Made by a program: the position numbers and the translations under genes
The notes under the pieces: generated by a model
The model's input: only the letters and a program-made list of their open reading frames with translations
Databases searched by the model: none
Told to the model about the DNA's origin: nothing
Assembly: GCA_017303895.1 (NCBI GenBank)
Contig: JAFLBF010000008.1
Coordinates: 8,813 to 72,812, forward strand
DNA: 64,000 nucleotides
Direction of reading: 5' to 3'
DNA from: Bacteroidota bacterium
GTDB lineage: Bacteria > Bacteroidota > Bacteroidia > 2-12-FULL-35-15
In this document: piece after piece, positions 37,366 to 46,893 of the stretch
Layout: the number at the start of each line of letters is the position of its first letter
Position numbering within the stretch: the stretch's first letter is position 1

Positions 37366-38928
37366 TTGGCTATATTTAGCACTTCAAAGTTTGTTATGTC
37401 TATTCTCAAAAACAGAAAATTATTTTTCACACTATCTTTTGTTGAAGGTGGGTCTGTTATGGCTGCCGAATTATTAGGAGCCAAAATGCTGGCACCCTAT
37501 TTCGGGTCTTCTCTTTACGTTTGGGCAACGGTACTAGCAATTACATTAGGAGGATTGGCATTGGGTTATTTTGCGGGTGGGATCCTTTCTTACAAAAGCA
37601 AAAATCCATTTACTTTATTTTATGTATTGCTTGCGGCAGCAATATTTACAGTTTTGATGCCTTTTAGTTCAAAGATCATTTTATGGTTGGTTGGCTCTCA
37701 TAGCTTGATTCCCTCTGTTATTGTTTCGGCCACATGTATTTTGTTTCCGCCTGTATTTATGATGGGTATGGTATCTCCTCTCATCATAAAAGCGATCACA
37801 ACCGACCTGGAACAGTCAGGAAAAATAGCAGGTGCTATTTATGCTATTTCAACATTAGGAGGAATCATTGCAACTTTTGCTTTCGGTTTTTGGGTCATAC
37901 CAACATTCGGATTAACAGTACCTTCCATTGTAACAGGAATCGTATTAGGTTCAATTCCGGCACTGCTGATCATTCAAAAAAAGAAGCTAATGCAAGGTGC
38001 CGGTTTTTTTTTGCTTTGTATTTGGGCACTTTCTACTTCTTCCTCTAATATCAATTCATCAGATATAAAAGTTATTTATAACGAAGAGGGCTTGCTTGGT
38101 CAAGTAATGGTCTTAGATTACCCTCGCTATAAAGACACGAGCATAGTAGGTACCAGTCGCTGGTTGTTCGTTAACAGGATCTCACAAACCATGTATGATT
38201 CTTTGGCAGATGAGAATAATGACGAAGAAAAATATTTCACCTACGTTTACAGGATCGGTGAATTTGCCGACTCTATGCCTAAAAATTCTAAGATTTTACT
38301 TCTTGGCTTGGGTGGAGGAAGTGTTGCTAAAACACTCTCTGAAAAAGGTTTTAAAATTGATGTATGCGAGCTTGATGAACGAATTGCTTTTGTAGCAAAA
38401 AAATACTTTTACTTAACGGATAAAGTTAAGATTACTGTAGATGATGCCAGACACTACATCAAGACTTGCAATAAAAAATACGATCTGATCATTTTTGATA
38501 CATTCAAAGGCGAAGATCCTCCTAATCATGTATTCACGAAAGAATCACTGGAAGAAACTAAAAAAATTCTTCAGCCCGATGGAACTATTTTTGTGAATAG
38601 TTTAGGATACATTGATGGTAAGATCGGCAAATCGATGCGATCTATCTATAAAACATTCCTCGCTGCTGGATTTAATGTAGAAGTATTACCTACTGATCCT
38701 AACCCCAATCAGCGTAACCTATTGTATTATGCATCATTAAACAGCGTAAAACCCAATGAGTTCTTTATTCCTCGAACGAAAATCGACTTGGAAGATGCTG
38801 TCGTTCTGTCTGACGAATATCCTGTTCTCGATATTTTAAATGCAGAAGCGGCAAAAAGATGGAGAGTATTAGCAATAAACAGCTTTAATACTGACTACAA
38901 TCAACAAAGACTGCCTCTATTCAAATAG
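37366..38928 (+). CDS. Fused MFS-like membrane domain / spermidine-synthase-like (aminopropyltransferase-fold) protein
   Basis: 520 aa. N-terminal half has about 6-7 TM helices. C-terminal half has the spermidine-synthase-family SAM fold (ILLLGLGGGSVAKTL...DLIIFDTFKGEDPPNHVFTKE). Confidence 0.65.
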   Translation: MAIFSTSKFVMSILKNRKLFFTLSFVEGGSVMAAELLGAKMLAPYFGSSLYVWATVLAITLGGLALGYFAGGILSYKSKNPFTLFYVLLAAAIFTVLMPFSSKIILWLVGSHSLIPSVIVSATCILFPPVFMMGMVSPLIIKAITTDLEQSGKIAGAIYAISTLGGIIATFAFGFWVIPTFGLTVPSIVTGIVLGSIPALLIIQKKKLMQGAGFFLLCIWALSTSSSNINSSDIKVIYNEEGLLGQVMVLDYPRYKDTSIVGTSRWLFVNRISQTMYDSLADENNDEEKYFTYVYRIGEFADSMPKNSKILLLGLGGGSVAKTLSEKGFKIDVCELDERIAFVAKKYFYLTDKVKITVDDARHYIKTCNKKYDLIIFDTFKGEDPPNHVFTKESLEETKKILQPDGTIFVNSLGYIDGKIGKSMRSIYKTFLAAGFNVEVLPTDPNPNQRNLLYYASLNSVKPNEFFIPRTKIDLEDAVVLSDEYPVLDILNAEAAKRWRVLAINSFNTDYNQQRLPLFK

Positions 38929-38933
38929 AGGTA

Positions 38934-39752
38934 TTAGACAATTCGTTTTAGCAAACGAAGTTGATGAGAATAATCGCGTTTCTCATGATTAAAGATCCCG
39001 TGATGATCAAAACCATCGATCCTCACTTTTCCGGATGCGTGAATGATCTGATTGTTATCCATCACAATTCCCACATGAATAATTCGCCCTTCTTCATTAT
39101 CAAAGAAGGCAAGATCACCAGGTTCGGCCTCTTCTACAAAACTTAAGGTTTCTCCTTGTTCAGCTTGCTGGTAAGCATCTCTAAACAATTTAATTCCATT
39201 CAATTTGTAAACGGATTGAGTAAACCCGCTACAATCAATACCAAAAGGGGATTTCCCTCCCCATAGATAAGGACTGTTCAAATAAAGCATGGCCGTTTCC
39301 AGAATACCGCTCTTGGTAAATGGTAAATAACCATTAATAAAAGCACCATCATAGACATAGGATGAATTCTCTACCACACACTCGCCATCATCAAAATTGG
39401 GAAGAGTAGCGCCAATGGTAATTGGGAAATGTTGCTTGGTTTTTGAATCCGAAATGATCTGGATCAATTCATTACAGTGATAGGGTTCCACTGTATTTAT
39501 TATATCGAAGGTATGCTGCTGAATTGGTAAAAATTGTTTTTTATCGATCCAGCATTCGTAACCGTCAAACGTGATCTTTATGTGCACCCAACTGCCTTGT
39601 ATTTCAATAATTTCAAATGTTTCCCCAAACAACAATTGAGTAACCATCTCACTTCTATCAGATGGCTCCTTTCGACAAGGGACAACACTTAAATTACAGA
39701 TTCCGTACATATCAGGCCGAATATATAAATGAGGTATGAGAAATGAGTTCAT
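38934..39752 (-). CDS. NlpC/P60 (C40) family peptidase with N-terminal SH3b-like domain
   Basis: 272 aa. Catalytic Cys block YLWGGKSPFGIDCSGFTQSVY and downstream His (IIHVGIV). Confidence 0.75.
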   Translation of the reverse strand: MNSFLIPHLYIRPDMYGICNLSVVPCRKEPSDRSEMVTQLLFGETFEIIEIQGSWVHIKITFDGYECWIDKKQFLPIQQHTFDIINTVEPYHCNELIQIISDSKTKQHFPITIGATLPNFDDGECVVENSSYVYDGAFINGYLPFTKSGILETAMLYLNSPYLWGGKSPFGIDCSGFTQSVYKLNGIKLFRDAYQQAEQGETLSFVEEAEPGDLAFFDNEEGRIIHVGIVMDNNQIIHASGKVRIDGFDHHGIFNHEKRDYSHQLRLLKRIV

Positions 39753-39775
39753 TTCTCATACCCCAATTTTACTAT

Positions 39776-40954
39776 CTATATATTTTCGATCACTACAGCT
39801 GATGCACCACCACCACCATTGCAAATACCTGCAGCACCATATTTTGCTTTATTCTGTTTCAACACATGGATCAATGTAACAATGATTCGCGCTCCGGAAC
39901 AACCCAAAGGATGTCCTAATGATACAGCACCACCATTTACATTCACTTTTGATGCATCCAATTTCATTTTTTGCATATTAACGATACCAACTGTTGAGAA
40001 CGCTTCGTTCAACTCAAAATAATTGATATCTCCTAATGTCAATCCTGCTTTAGAAACAGCTTTAGGTACAGCTAAGGAAGGAGCTGTTGTGAACCATTCC
40101 GGTGCATGTTCAGCATCGGCATATCCTTTTAATACTGCTATTGGTTTCAAACCTAATTTCTCAGCTTTTTCTTTGCTCATTAAAACCACTGCCGCAGCTC
40201 CATCATTCATTGTTGATGAATTAGCAGCTGTTGCTGTACCATCTTTTGAAAATGCCGCCTTCAACTCAGGGATCTTGTCAAAACGCACATTTTTGTACTC
40301 CTCATCTTCTTTCATTAAGATAGGATCTCCTTTACGTTGTGGAATTTCAACCGGAACGATCTCCTCATTAAATTTACCTGCAGCCCAGGCTGCCTGAGAA
40401 CGTTTATACGATTCAATTGCAAAAGCATCTTGATCTTCACGGGAAATATTACATTCTTTGGCACACATATCAGCCGCATTTCCCATAGCATAGTTATGGT
40501 ATACATCTGTCAAGCCATCTTTTGCTAAACCATCGATCATGGTCACATTGCCGTATTTATTCCCCCAACGCATATTTTCTGAGTAAAATGGAACCTGACT
40601 CATATTCTCCATACCACCGGCAACTACCACATCCGCATCACCGCACATGATACTTTGTGCTCCGATCATGATCGCTTTCATACCTGATGCACACACTTTA
40701 TTAATGGTCGTACATTGTACTGTATTCGGCAAACCGGCAAACATAGCTGCCTGACGAGCCGGAGCCTGACCTAAATTAGCTTGTAATACACTTCCCATAT
40801 ACACTTCCTGAACTTCTTTTCCATCCACACCGGCCTTTGCCAATGCACCTTTAATAGCTGTTGCACCTAATTTTGTTGCAGGAACCCCTGCTAATGCTCC
40901 ACCAAAACTTCCCATTGGCGTACGCACAGCTGAAATAATGTAAACTTCTTTCAT
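39776..40954 (-). CDS. Acetyl-CoA C-acetyltransferase (thiolase II)
   Basis: 392 aa. ISAVRTPMGSFGG, active-site Cys region (NKVCASGMKA) and C-terminal GHPLGCSGARI / CNGGGGASA thiolase signatures. Confidence 0.85.
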   Translation of the reverse strand: MKEVYIISAVRTPMGSFGGALAGVPATKLGATAIKGALAKAGVDGKEVQEVYMGSVLQANLGQAPARQAAMFAGLPNTVQCTTINKVCASGMKAIMIGAQSIMCGDADVVVAGGMENMSQVPFYSENMRWGNKYGNVTMIDGLAKDGLTDVYHNYAMGNAADMCAKECNISREDQDAFAIESYKRSQAAWAAGKFNEEIVPVEIPQRKGDPILMKEDEEYKNVRFDKIPELKAAFSKDGTATAANSSTMNDGAAAVVLMSKEKAEKLGLKPIAVLKGYADAEHAPEWFTTAPSLAVPKAVSKAGLTLGDINYFELNEAFSTVGIVNMQKMKLDASKVNVNGGAVSLGHPLGCSGARIIVTLIHVLKQNKAKYGAAGICNGGGGASAVVIENI

Positions 40955-41145
40955 AATTTATTGTTTGATTAATTGTTATCCGGATTAGTTATTTGCCCTC
41001 AAATTTAACTTTATTACTCAAATTCAGGAACGAATTAGAGCGTTTTTTATCAAATTTTGTGAATAAACCTGTGAACAATTGAAAAGCGGAATAACGATTT
41101 TAGGAGCTAAATAGTTTTATTTTCGCTATATCCAATCAAAATCAT

Positions 41146-43209
41146 GTGAAAAAGTTCGTTTCATTCATTCGTCATAGCCATCCCGAGATCTACAAAGGAA
41201 TACTGTTTATGATCGCAATAGGGATCATTGTTGCTATTTTCCCAAAACAAGGAAAATTTAAATATGAATTTCAGAATTTAAAAGGGAAACCATGGCACCA
41301 TGAGGATCTGATCGCTCCATTCGACTTTGCGATCAAAAAAACAAAACAAGAATTAGCCCTTGAAAAATTAGAGACCATTAAACAAGCCAAACTCTACTTC
41401 AAAGAAAAAACAGATGAGCTAACAAAAAGAAAAGAGCTGCTTCGTTCAAACTTTGAAAAGAATTGGTCTTCCAAAAGCACTAAAACAAAAGAAAACACTC
41501 TAAAAATTGCGAATAAGATCCTGGATTCAATTTACTCCAAAGGGATCATTGAATACAATGATGTTATCAGCAATAAACCTCAAGATTACACAATACTTGT
41601 TTTAAACAATAATGTTGCAGAAGAGCATGAATTGAAAAATTTTCATACTGTAAAAACGGCTTATGCCTATATTCAATCCACACTCGAGCAAGAAAAGGCG
41701 GATATTGACAGGGCATTTATTTTGCCTTTACTCGAAAATGCGATCAGCCATTCTATCTTCTTTGATAAAGCAACCACCGATAAGGTGCTTCAACAATCGA
41801 TCAACGAAATAGCACCATCGCGGGATATTATTTTAAAGAATCAGCGTATCATTTCAAAAGGTGAGATCCTTGATCCTGTTAAATATCAGATACTCGAATC
41901 ATTAAAAGATGAATTTGAACAACAAGCCGGTGGTGATGGAAATTATTACTTTATTCTACTTGGACAGATCATCATTATTACCCTTTGTTTTGCAGTATTG
42001 ATCATCTTTTTATTCTTTTTTAGGAATGAAATATTTTTAGATAATACAAAGATCACCTTCATATTGATGCTGATCATTCTGCAAGTATTAATGGCTGATC
42101 TAGCGATCGACAGTCAATCTTTCAGCATCTATCTTCTCCCATTTTGTATTCTTCCAGTCATCATTCGTGCATTTTACGATACACGCATCGCTTTGTTCGT
42201 TCATTTAGTAACCGTTCTCATTATATCTTTCATTGCACCTAATCGATTCGAATACGCTTTTATCCAGCTTTTAGGCGGGATGGTTGCTATATTCAGCATC
42301 GTAAATATGAGAAACCGTTCTCAGATATTTTTATCCTCTATTATCATTTTTGTAACCTACAGCATTTCATACATAGGAATCACAATTATTCAAGAAGGTG
42401 GAATTGATGTGATATCAGGATATGATTTCGCATGGTTTGGCATCAGTGCACTACTTACACTATTCTCCTACCCATTGATCTTCATCTTCGAAAAACTCTT
42501 CGGTTTTATTTCCGATGTTTCCCTTTTAGAATTATCGGACACCAATGGTAAACTCTTACGTGAACTGGCTTCCAAAGCACCGGGGACATTTCAACATTCA
42601 CTTCAAGTTGCTAATCTTGCCGAGGAAGCAATTTATACAATTGGTGGCAATTCGCTTTTAGTAAGAGCCGGAGCTTTGTACCATGACATCGGGAAAATGG
42701 ATATGCCCATGTATTTTATCGAAAATCAAGCACATGGAATAAATCCACATGAAGACTTAAATTTTGATGAAAGTGCAGCTATCATTATTGACCATGTCAT
42801 CAAAGGAATTGAGATCGCCAAAAAGAATAAATTACCGGAGCAGATCATTGATTTCATCAGAACACACCATGGAACAACGATCACTGCTTATTTTTACCGC
42901 TCATTTCAGAATGCTTTTCCGGGGGAAAAGATTGATGAGTCGAAGTTTCACTACCCAGGCCCAATTCCATTTTCAAAAGAAACAGCCGTTCTGATGATGG
43001 CAGATTCAGTAGAAGCAGCTTCACGAAGTTTAAAAAAGTATGATGCTGAAGCGATCGATAACCTGGTGGAAATGATCATCAATAAACAAATTGAGCAAGA
43101 ACAATTTGTGAATGCCGACATCACGTTTAAGGACATCAATGCATTAAAGAAAATATTCAAAAAGAAATTAATGAACATTTATCATGTTCGTGTGGAGTAT
43201 CCTCGATAA
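41146..43209 (+). CDS. 7TM-receptor/HDIG-domain phosphohydrolase (PgpH/YqfF-like)
   Basis: 687 aa. N-terminal extracellular region, then a 7-TM block (aa about 265-450), then an HD domain with HDIGK (GALYHDIGKMDMP) and downstream HHG. Confidence 0.8.
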   Translation: MKKFVSFIRHSHPEIYKGILFMIAIGIIVAIFPKQGKFKYEFQNLKGKPWHHEDLIAPFDFAIKKTKQELALEKLETIKQAKLYFKEKTDELTKRKELLRSNFEKNWSSKSTKTKENTLKIANKILDSIYSKGIIEYNDVISNKPQDYTILVLNNNVAEEHELKNFHTVKTAYAYIQSTLEQEKADIDRAFILPLLENAISHSIFFDKATTDKVLQQSINEIAPSRDIILKNQRIISKGEILDPVKYQILESLKDEFEQQAGGDGNYYFILLGQIIIITLCFAVLIIFLFFFRNEIFLDNTKITFILMLIILQVLMADLAIDSQSFSIYLLPFCILPVIIRAFYDTRIALFVHLVTVLIISFIAPNRFEYAFIQLLGGMVAIFSIVNMRNRSQIFLSSIIIFVTYSISYIGITIIQEGGIDVISGYDFAWFGISALLTLFSYPLIFIFEKLFGFISDVSLLELSDTNGKLLRELASKAPGTFQHSLQVANLAEEAIYTIGGNSLLVRAGALYHDIGKMDMPMYFIENQAHGINPHEDLNFDESAAIIIDHVIKGIEIAKKNKLPEQIIDFIRTHHGTTITAYFYRSFQNAFPGEKIDESKFHYPGPIPFSKETAVLMMADSVEAASRSLKKYDAEAIDNLVEMIINKQIEQEQFVNADITFKDINALKKIFKKKLMNIYHVRVEYPR

Positions 43210-43247
43210 GAAAGAATAACTTAAGCAGTTATTCTTTCTTTTTTCTT
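43209..43247 (+). terminator. Putative intrinsic terminator between convergent genes
   Basis: AGAAAGAATAAC (43209-43220), loop TTAAGCA, GTTATTCTTTCT (43228-43239), followed by TTTTTTCTTG. The hairpin spans both stop codons (PgpH-like stop 43207-09; minus-strand gene stop 43221-23). Confidence 0.5.
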
Positions 43248-45908
43248 GAATCCAAAGTCTAATATACGGTCAATAAAATCGTATGGTTTATAGCCATTAA
43301 TGGCAGTTTGGTGAAAAATACATGTAGCGGGTGTCATCCCCGGTAAAGAATTCACTTCCACAAATATCACTTCTACTCTATTTACATCGTAAATACGAAC
43401 AAAAGCGTCAATTCTGCAATAACCATTCACAAAAAGCACTTTTGCAGCATCACCCAATGTTTTCTTAACGATATCAGAAATTTTCTGACGTTCGATTGGA
43501 TCAGCCGAATAACGGGCTGGAGTAATATTTTGGCCTTGTCCCGCTAAAAACTTCTCTTCTAAAGACAATACTTCCCCTTCACTTAATGCCTCTGACGCTT
43601 CAAATACCTCATAACTCACTTCTCCTTTCGCATTATATGTTGTGAGCATTCCTCCTGTTATTTCCAGGAAATGTTTGGAATCGCGTTTGCTGATCAACTC
43701 CTCTACCAGGATCACCACTTTTTGAGGAAACTCTTCTTTATCCTTAATATGCAATAGATTAGCCGCTAATTCGTCCAATGCCTCTTGTTTTCTAAAGATC
43801 AAAGTAGCAAATGCATCAAACTCTTCGGGTGTTTTTATTTTTTTTACAGCAGAAGAACAACCATCATCAACCGGTTTGGCAATAAATGGATAGTGTATTT
43901 TTTCTTTAATGATCGACAACACAGCTGATTTATCTTTTTTCCAATCGCCCTCAGTAACCAACATGTGTTCAGCCACCAAAAAGCCATTTTGTTTTAAGAT
44001 CTCATTTGTACGGTATTTATCGATGGTGATCTGCGAACTTTCTACTCCTGAACCATTATAGGGCAATCCAACTCTTTCCAGCTGTGCCTGAACAGCACCA
44101 TCCTCACCCGGCCTGCCGTGCAATGCAATAAACACAGCGTCAACGGTATTTGCTAACTCTTCATACGTAAAGCGTTTCGGCTTAGCCAAATTATCTGAAT
44201 TACAATATTTTTGAGTAATGGAAGACGCTTCATGAATGATCTCTTTTACCAATTCATGTATCTTATAATGATCAATTTTCTCTTTTATATCATCCGCATT
44301 ATCTTTTAACAAAATATTGATTGGGATCTGATATAGAATATGTTCATCTGCACTACCTGTCAAGAAAACAGGAATAGGCTCATATTTAGTAGAAGAAGCT
44401 AGTTTTTCATATATATTTCTTCCACTCTCAACTGAAATATGTCGCTCAGAAGAATAGCCACCTAAAATTACAGCCACTTTTGTTTTATTCGTTGTCGCCT
44501 CCTGATCCTTTTGAATAGAAGCATCCAAAGCCGCCAATAGTTTACTTGTTTGTAAAGAATGACTATTCGCCTTTATCCGTTGTGCAATAGATGTTCGAAT
44601 AATGTACGTGAGGAACTGAGAAGGATTTAAACCAATTTCTGCTGCCTGATGAAAGAAAAACGAGGAGGGCATCATCCCGGAAGTTGTATTAGGATCATTC
44701 AAGAAGATCTTTCCATCTTTCGATAGAAAACCATCAATCCGTGCGTACACATCGAAATTAAGGGCATAAAATAAACGTTCACACTCCTTACGAATAGATT
44801 GGATCTGATCATTTGGCAGATCGATCGGTGTGATCTTACGTGATAAACCCGGTAAATACTTTGATCGATAATCGAACAGCTCTTTGCCTTTTCGTATTTC
44901 GGTTGGTGGTAATGCAATCGCTTTCCCATCCTCCATTTGTGCTACTATGCAGGAGAATTCTTTCCCTTCAATAAACCCTTCGATAAGAACGGTTGACTCG
45001 CCATCTATGGCTTCCAGCACAACTCCTTCTTTCTCCGTTTTAAAACAGTCATCTAAAAATGTGATCAGGTCAGCAGGATGATATACCGTTCTTCCATTTA
45101 CCATAACAGGCATTCCTATTCCTTCACGAATATCAGCCAGCACACGAATAAAAGCATTTTTTTCCTGAGCTGTCTTTTTAAGCCATTCAGACGCATCTAT
45201 CCATTTAGTAAAAAAAGCTTTCTCTACAGCCTCCATAAACGAATGATCATCGTCTTTTGAAAGAATAGTAACTCCTATGGAAGAGCCCTGGTTGGCAGGT
45301 TTTATTACCAGTGGAAAACCGATCTCCTTTTTGGCATTTTCAAAAACATTTTTACAATTTCCCTTGATATAATCATCGCGTTTGATGGTCATAAATTTCG
45401 GACTGTTAAATCCGGCATCAACCATCATTCTTTTTTGAATACTTTTATCAATACCAATTGCAGAAGGCAATATGCCGGAGCCGGAATAAGGAATGCCAAG
45501 ATATTCAAACATCCCTTGGATCTTTCCATCTTCACCATAAGGGCCATGCAAACATAAAAATGCGAAATCAAAATGACACTTAAGTTCCTCCGGATGTAAA
45601 CGTTTTCCGATCTTATTGATCATTTGAACTTGCGCTTCAGCAGAAACATCACCAATTTGTTCTGCATACACCTGAAAATCACCTTCTTTTGAAGGAATAA
45701 ATTCCACAGGAGGATAGAAATCCCTGATGCTTCCTTTGTAAATAAACTCCCAGTTCAACAGCACAAAATTGCCAAAGCTATCCACAAAAACAGGGACCGC
45801 CTCAAAAAGAGATTTATTAAGATTATCGTAAACAGTTCTTCCTCCAGCGAATGAGATCTCGCGTTCTTTAGAAAAACCTCCGAAAATGATACCGATTTTG
45901 ATTTTCAT
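43221..45908 (-). CDS. Tandem-duplicated D-alanine-D-alanine ligase-like protein (two complete Ddl_N + ATP-grasp modules in one 895-aa polypeptide)
   Basis: Module 1 begins MKIKIGIIFGGFSKEREISFAGGRTV...FLCLHGPYGEDGKIQGMFEYLGIPYSGSG...IKPANQGSSIGV. Module 2 begins at aa about 458: KTKVAVILGGYSSERHISVESGRNIY...FIALHGRPGEDGAVQAQLERVGLPYNGSG...AKPVDDGCSSAV. Both carry the Ddl N-domain and ATP-grasp signature order. Confidence 0.6.
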   Translation of the reverse strand: MKIKIGIIFGGFSKEREISFAGGRTVYDNLNKSLFEAVPVFVDSFGNFVLLNWEFIYKGSIRDFYPPVEFIPSKEGDFQVYAEQIGDVSAEAQVQMINKIGKRLHPEELKCHFDFAFLCLHGPYGEDGKIQGMFEYLGIPYSGSGILPSAIGIDKSIQKRMMVDAGFNSPKFMTIKRDDYIKGNCKNVFENAKKEIGFPLVIKPANQGSSIGVTILSKDDDHSFMEAVEKAFFTKWIDASEWLKKTAQEKNAFIRVLADIREGIGMPVMVNGRTVYHPADLITFLDDCFKTEKEGVVLEAIDGESTVLIEGFIEGKEFSCIVAQMEDGKAIALPPTEIRKGKELFDYRSKYLPGLSRKITPIDLPNDQIQSIRKECERLFYALNFDVYARIDGFLSKDGKIFLNDPNTTSGMMPSSFFFHQAAEIGLNPSQFLTYIIRTSIAQRIKANSHSLQTSKLLAALDASIQKDQEATTNKTKVAVILGGYSSERHISVESGRNIYEKLASSTKYEPIPVFLTGSADEHILYQIPINILLKDNADDIKEKIDHYKIHELVKEIIHEASSITQKYCNSDNLAKPKRFTYEELANTVDAVFIALHGRPGEDGAVQAQLERVGLPYNGSGVESSQITIDKYRTNEILKQNGFLVAEHMLVTEGDWKKDKSAVLSIIKEKIHYPFIAKPVDDGCSSAVKKIKTPEEFDAFATLIFRKQEALDELAANLLHIKDKEEFPQKVVILVEELISKRDSKHFLEITGGMLTTYNAKGEVSYEVFEASEALSEGEVLSLEEKFLAGQGQNITPARYSADPIERQKISDIVKKTLGDAAKVLFVNGYCRIDAFVRIYDVNRVEVIFVEVNSLPGMTPATCIFHQTAINGYKPYDFIDRILDFGFKKKERITA

Positions 45909-46056
45909 CTATAGCTATAATTATTACAGCTACAAATTTAAAACTATGGCAAGGGGATTTTAAGCAATATGCTTTAAGTATTCAACAAGTTTATTAACCA
46001 ATTACATCAGAATTTAGTTAGTGAATTTAGATACATAATCAATAATTAAACTACTT

Positions 46057-46893
46057 TTGGTCTGCTATACATCTTATATGAATTTAAATTTCCTTAGAGC
46101 AATTCCTTTATTAAGAAGATTCAGGTATAATTACCTGAGAAATTGGATCGAACAGCATCCAAAGTCGGATGTTGTGTCGCACATAAGAGGTGGCTTAAAA
46201 ATGAAATTAAGAGTTGAAGATTGGGTTCAACAAAACATCTTTTTACATGGCTATTATGAAGAAAATGAGACGAACTACTTACTTAACAGAAGTAAAAATG
46301 TAAATACATTCATTGACATTGGAGCGAATGTTGGCTATTTCAGCCTTTTAACATCTGCAAACATTTGCAAAAACAACGGAAAGATCTTTGCTTTCGAGCC
46401 TATTACCCGAACCTTTGAACGTCTTCAAGAGAATATTTATCTGAACAATATGACTTGTATCAACAATTATAGAATTGCTATTTCTGATTCTAATACCAAT
46501 CTTGAAATTAATATCGGCAATGATCAAAATTGGGGAATGTCAAGCATCAACAAACATGACCAATTATCCTCACTGTCGGAAACTGTGAAATGTCAGACCT
46601 TAGACTCTTTCTGTGAAGAGCATCATATTACAGCAATCGACCTTGTAAAGATCGATGTGGAAGGTGCTGAATTTAAAGTATTAAAGGGAATGGAAAATGT
46701 TATACAATTGTACAAACCTGAGATTCTAATTGAAATAATTGACACCCACCTTAATCAACAAGGAGTAAACTCTTCCGACATTTTCAATTACTTATGGGGT
46801 AAAGGATATAGATCGTATGAGATCGGTAAAAGGGGAACTCTAAAAGAGATCACAAAAACAGGAACCTATAGAGGGTTGGTTTGCTTTAAGTAG
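46057..46893 (+). CDS. FkbM-family methyltransferase
   Basis: 278 aa (the start could be the ATG at 46078). FkbM signature FIDIGANVGYFSL...IDLVKIDVEGAEFKVLKG. Confidence 0.7.
   Translation: MVCYTSYMNLNFLRAIPLLRRFRYNYLRNWIEQHPKSDVVSHIRGGLKMKLRVEDWVQQNIFLHGYYEENETNYLLNRSKNVNTFIDIGANVGYFSLLTSANICKNNGKIFAFEPITRTFERLQENIYLNNMTCINNYRIAISDSNTNLEINIGNDQNWGMSSINKHDQLSSLSETVKCQTLDSFCEEHHITAIDLVKIDVEGAEFKVLKGMENVIQLYKPEILIEIIDTHLNQQGVNSSDIFNYLWGKGYRSYEIGKRGTLKEITKTGTYRGLVCFK

Noticed and set aside
40023-40397. 124-aa plus-strand ORF antisense to the thiolase gene, and similar antisense ORFs (39819-40022, 29934-30125, 35601-35940, 47074-47350, 50497-50787, 53650-53877, 60570-60818)
   Set aside because: These are shadow ORFs inside strongly supported, motif-bearing genes on the opposite strand.
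43221-45908. Alternative interpretation of the 895-aa ATP-grasp protein as cyanophycin synthetase or a glutathionylspermidine-type enzyme
   Set aside because: Cyanophycin synthetase has one ATP-grasp plus a Mur-ligase domain. Here both halves carry the Ddl N-domain followed by ATP-grasp, and no Mur-ligase motifs are visible.
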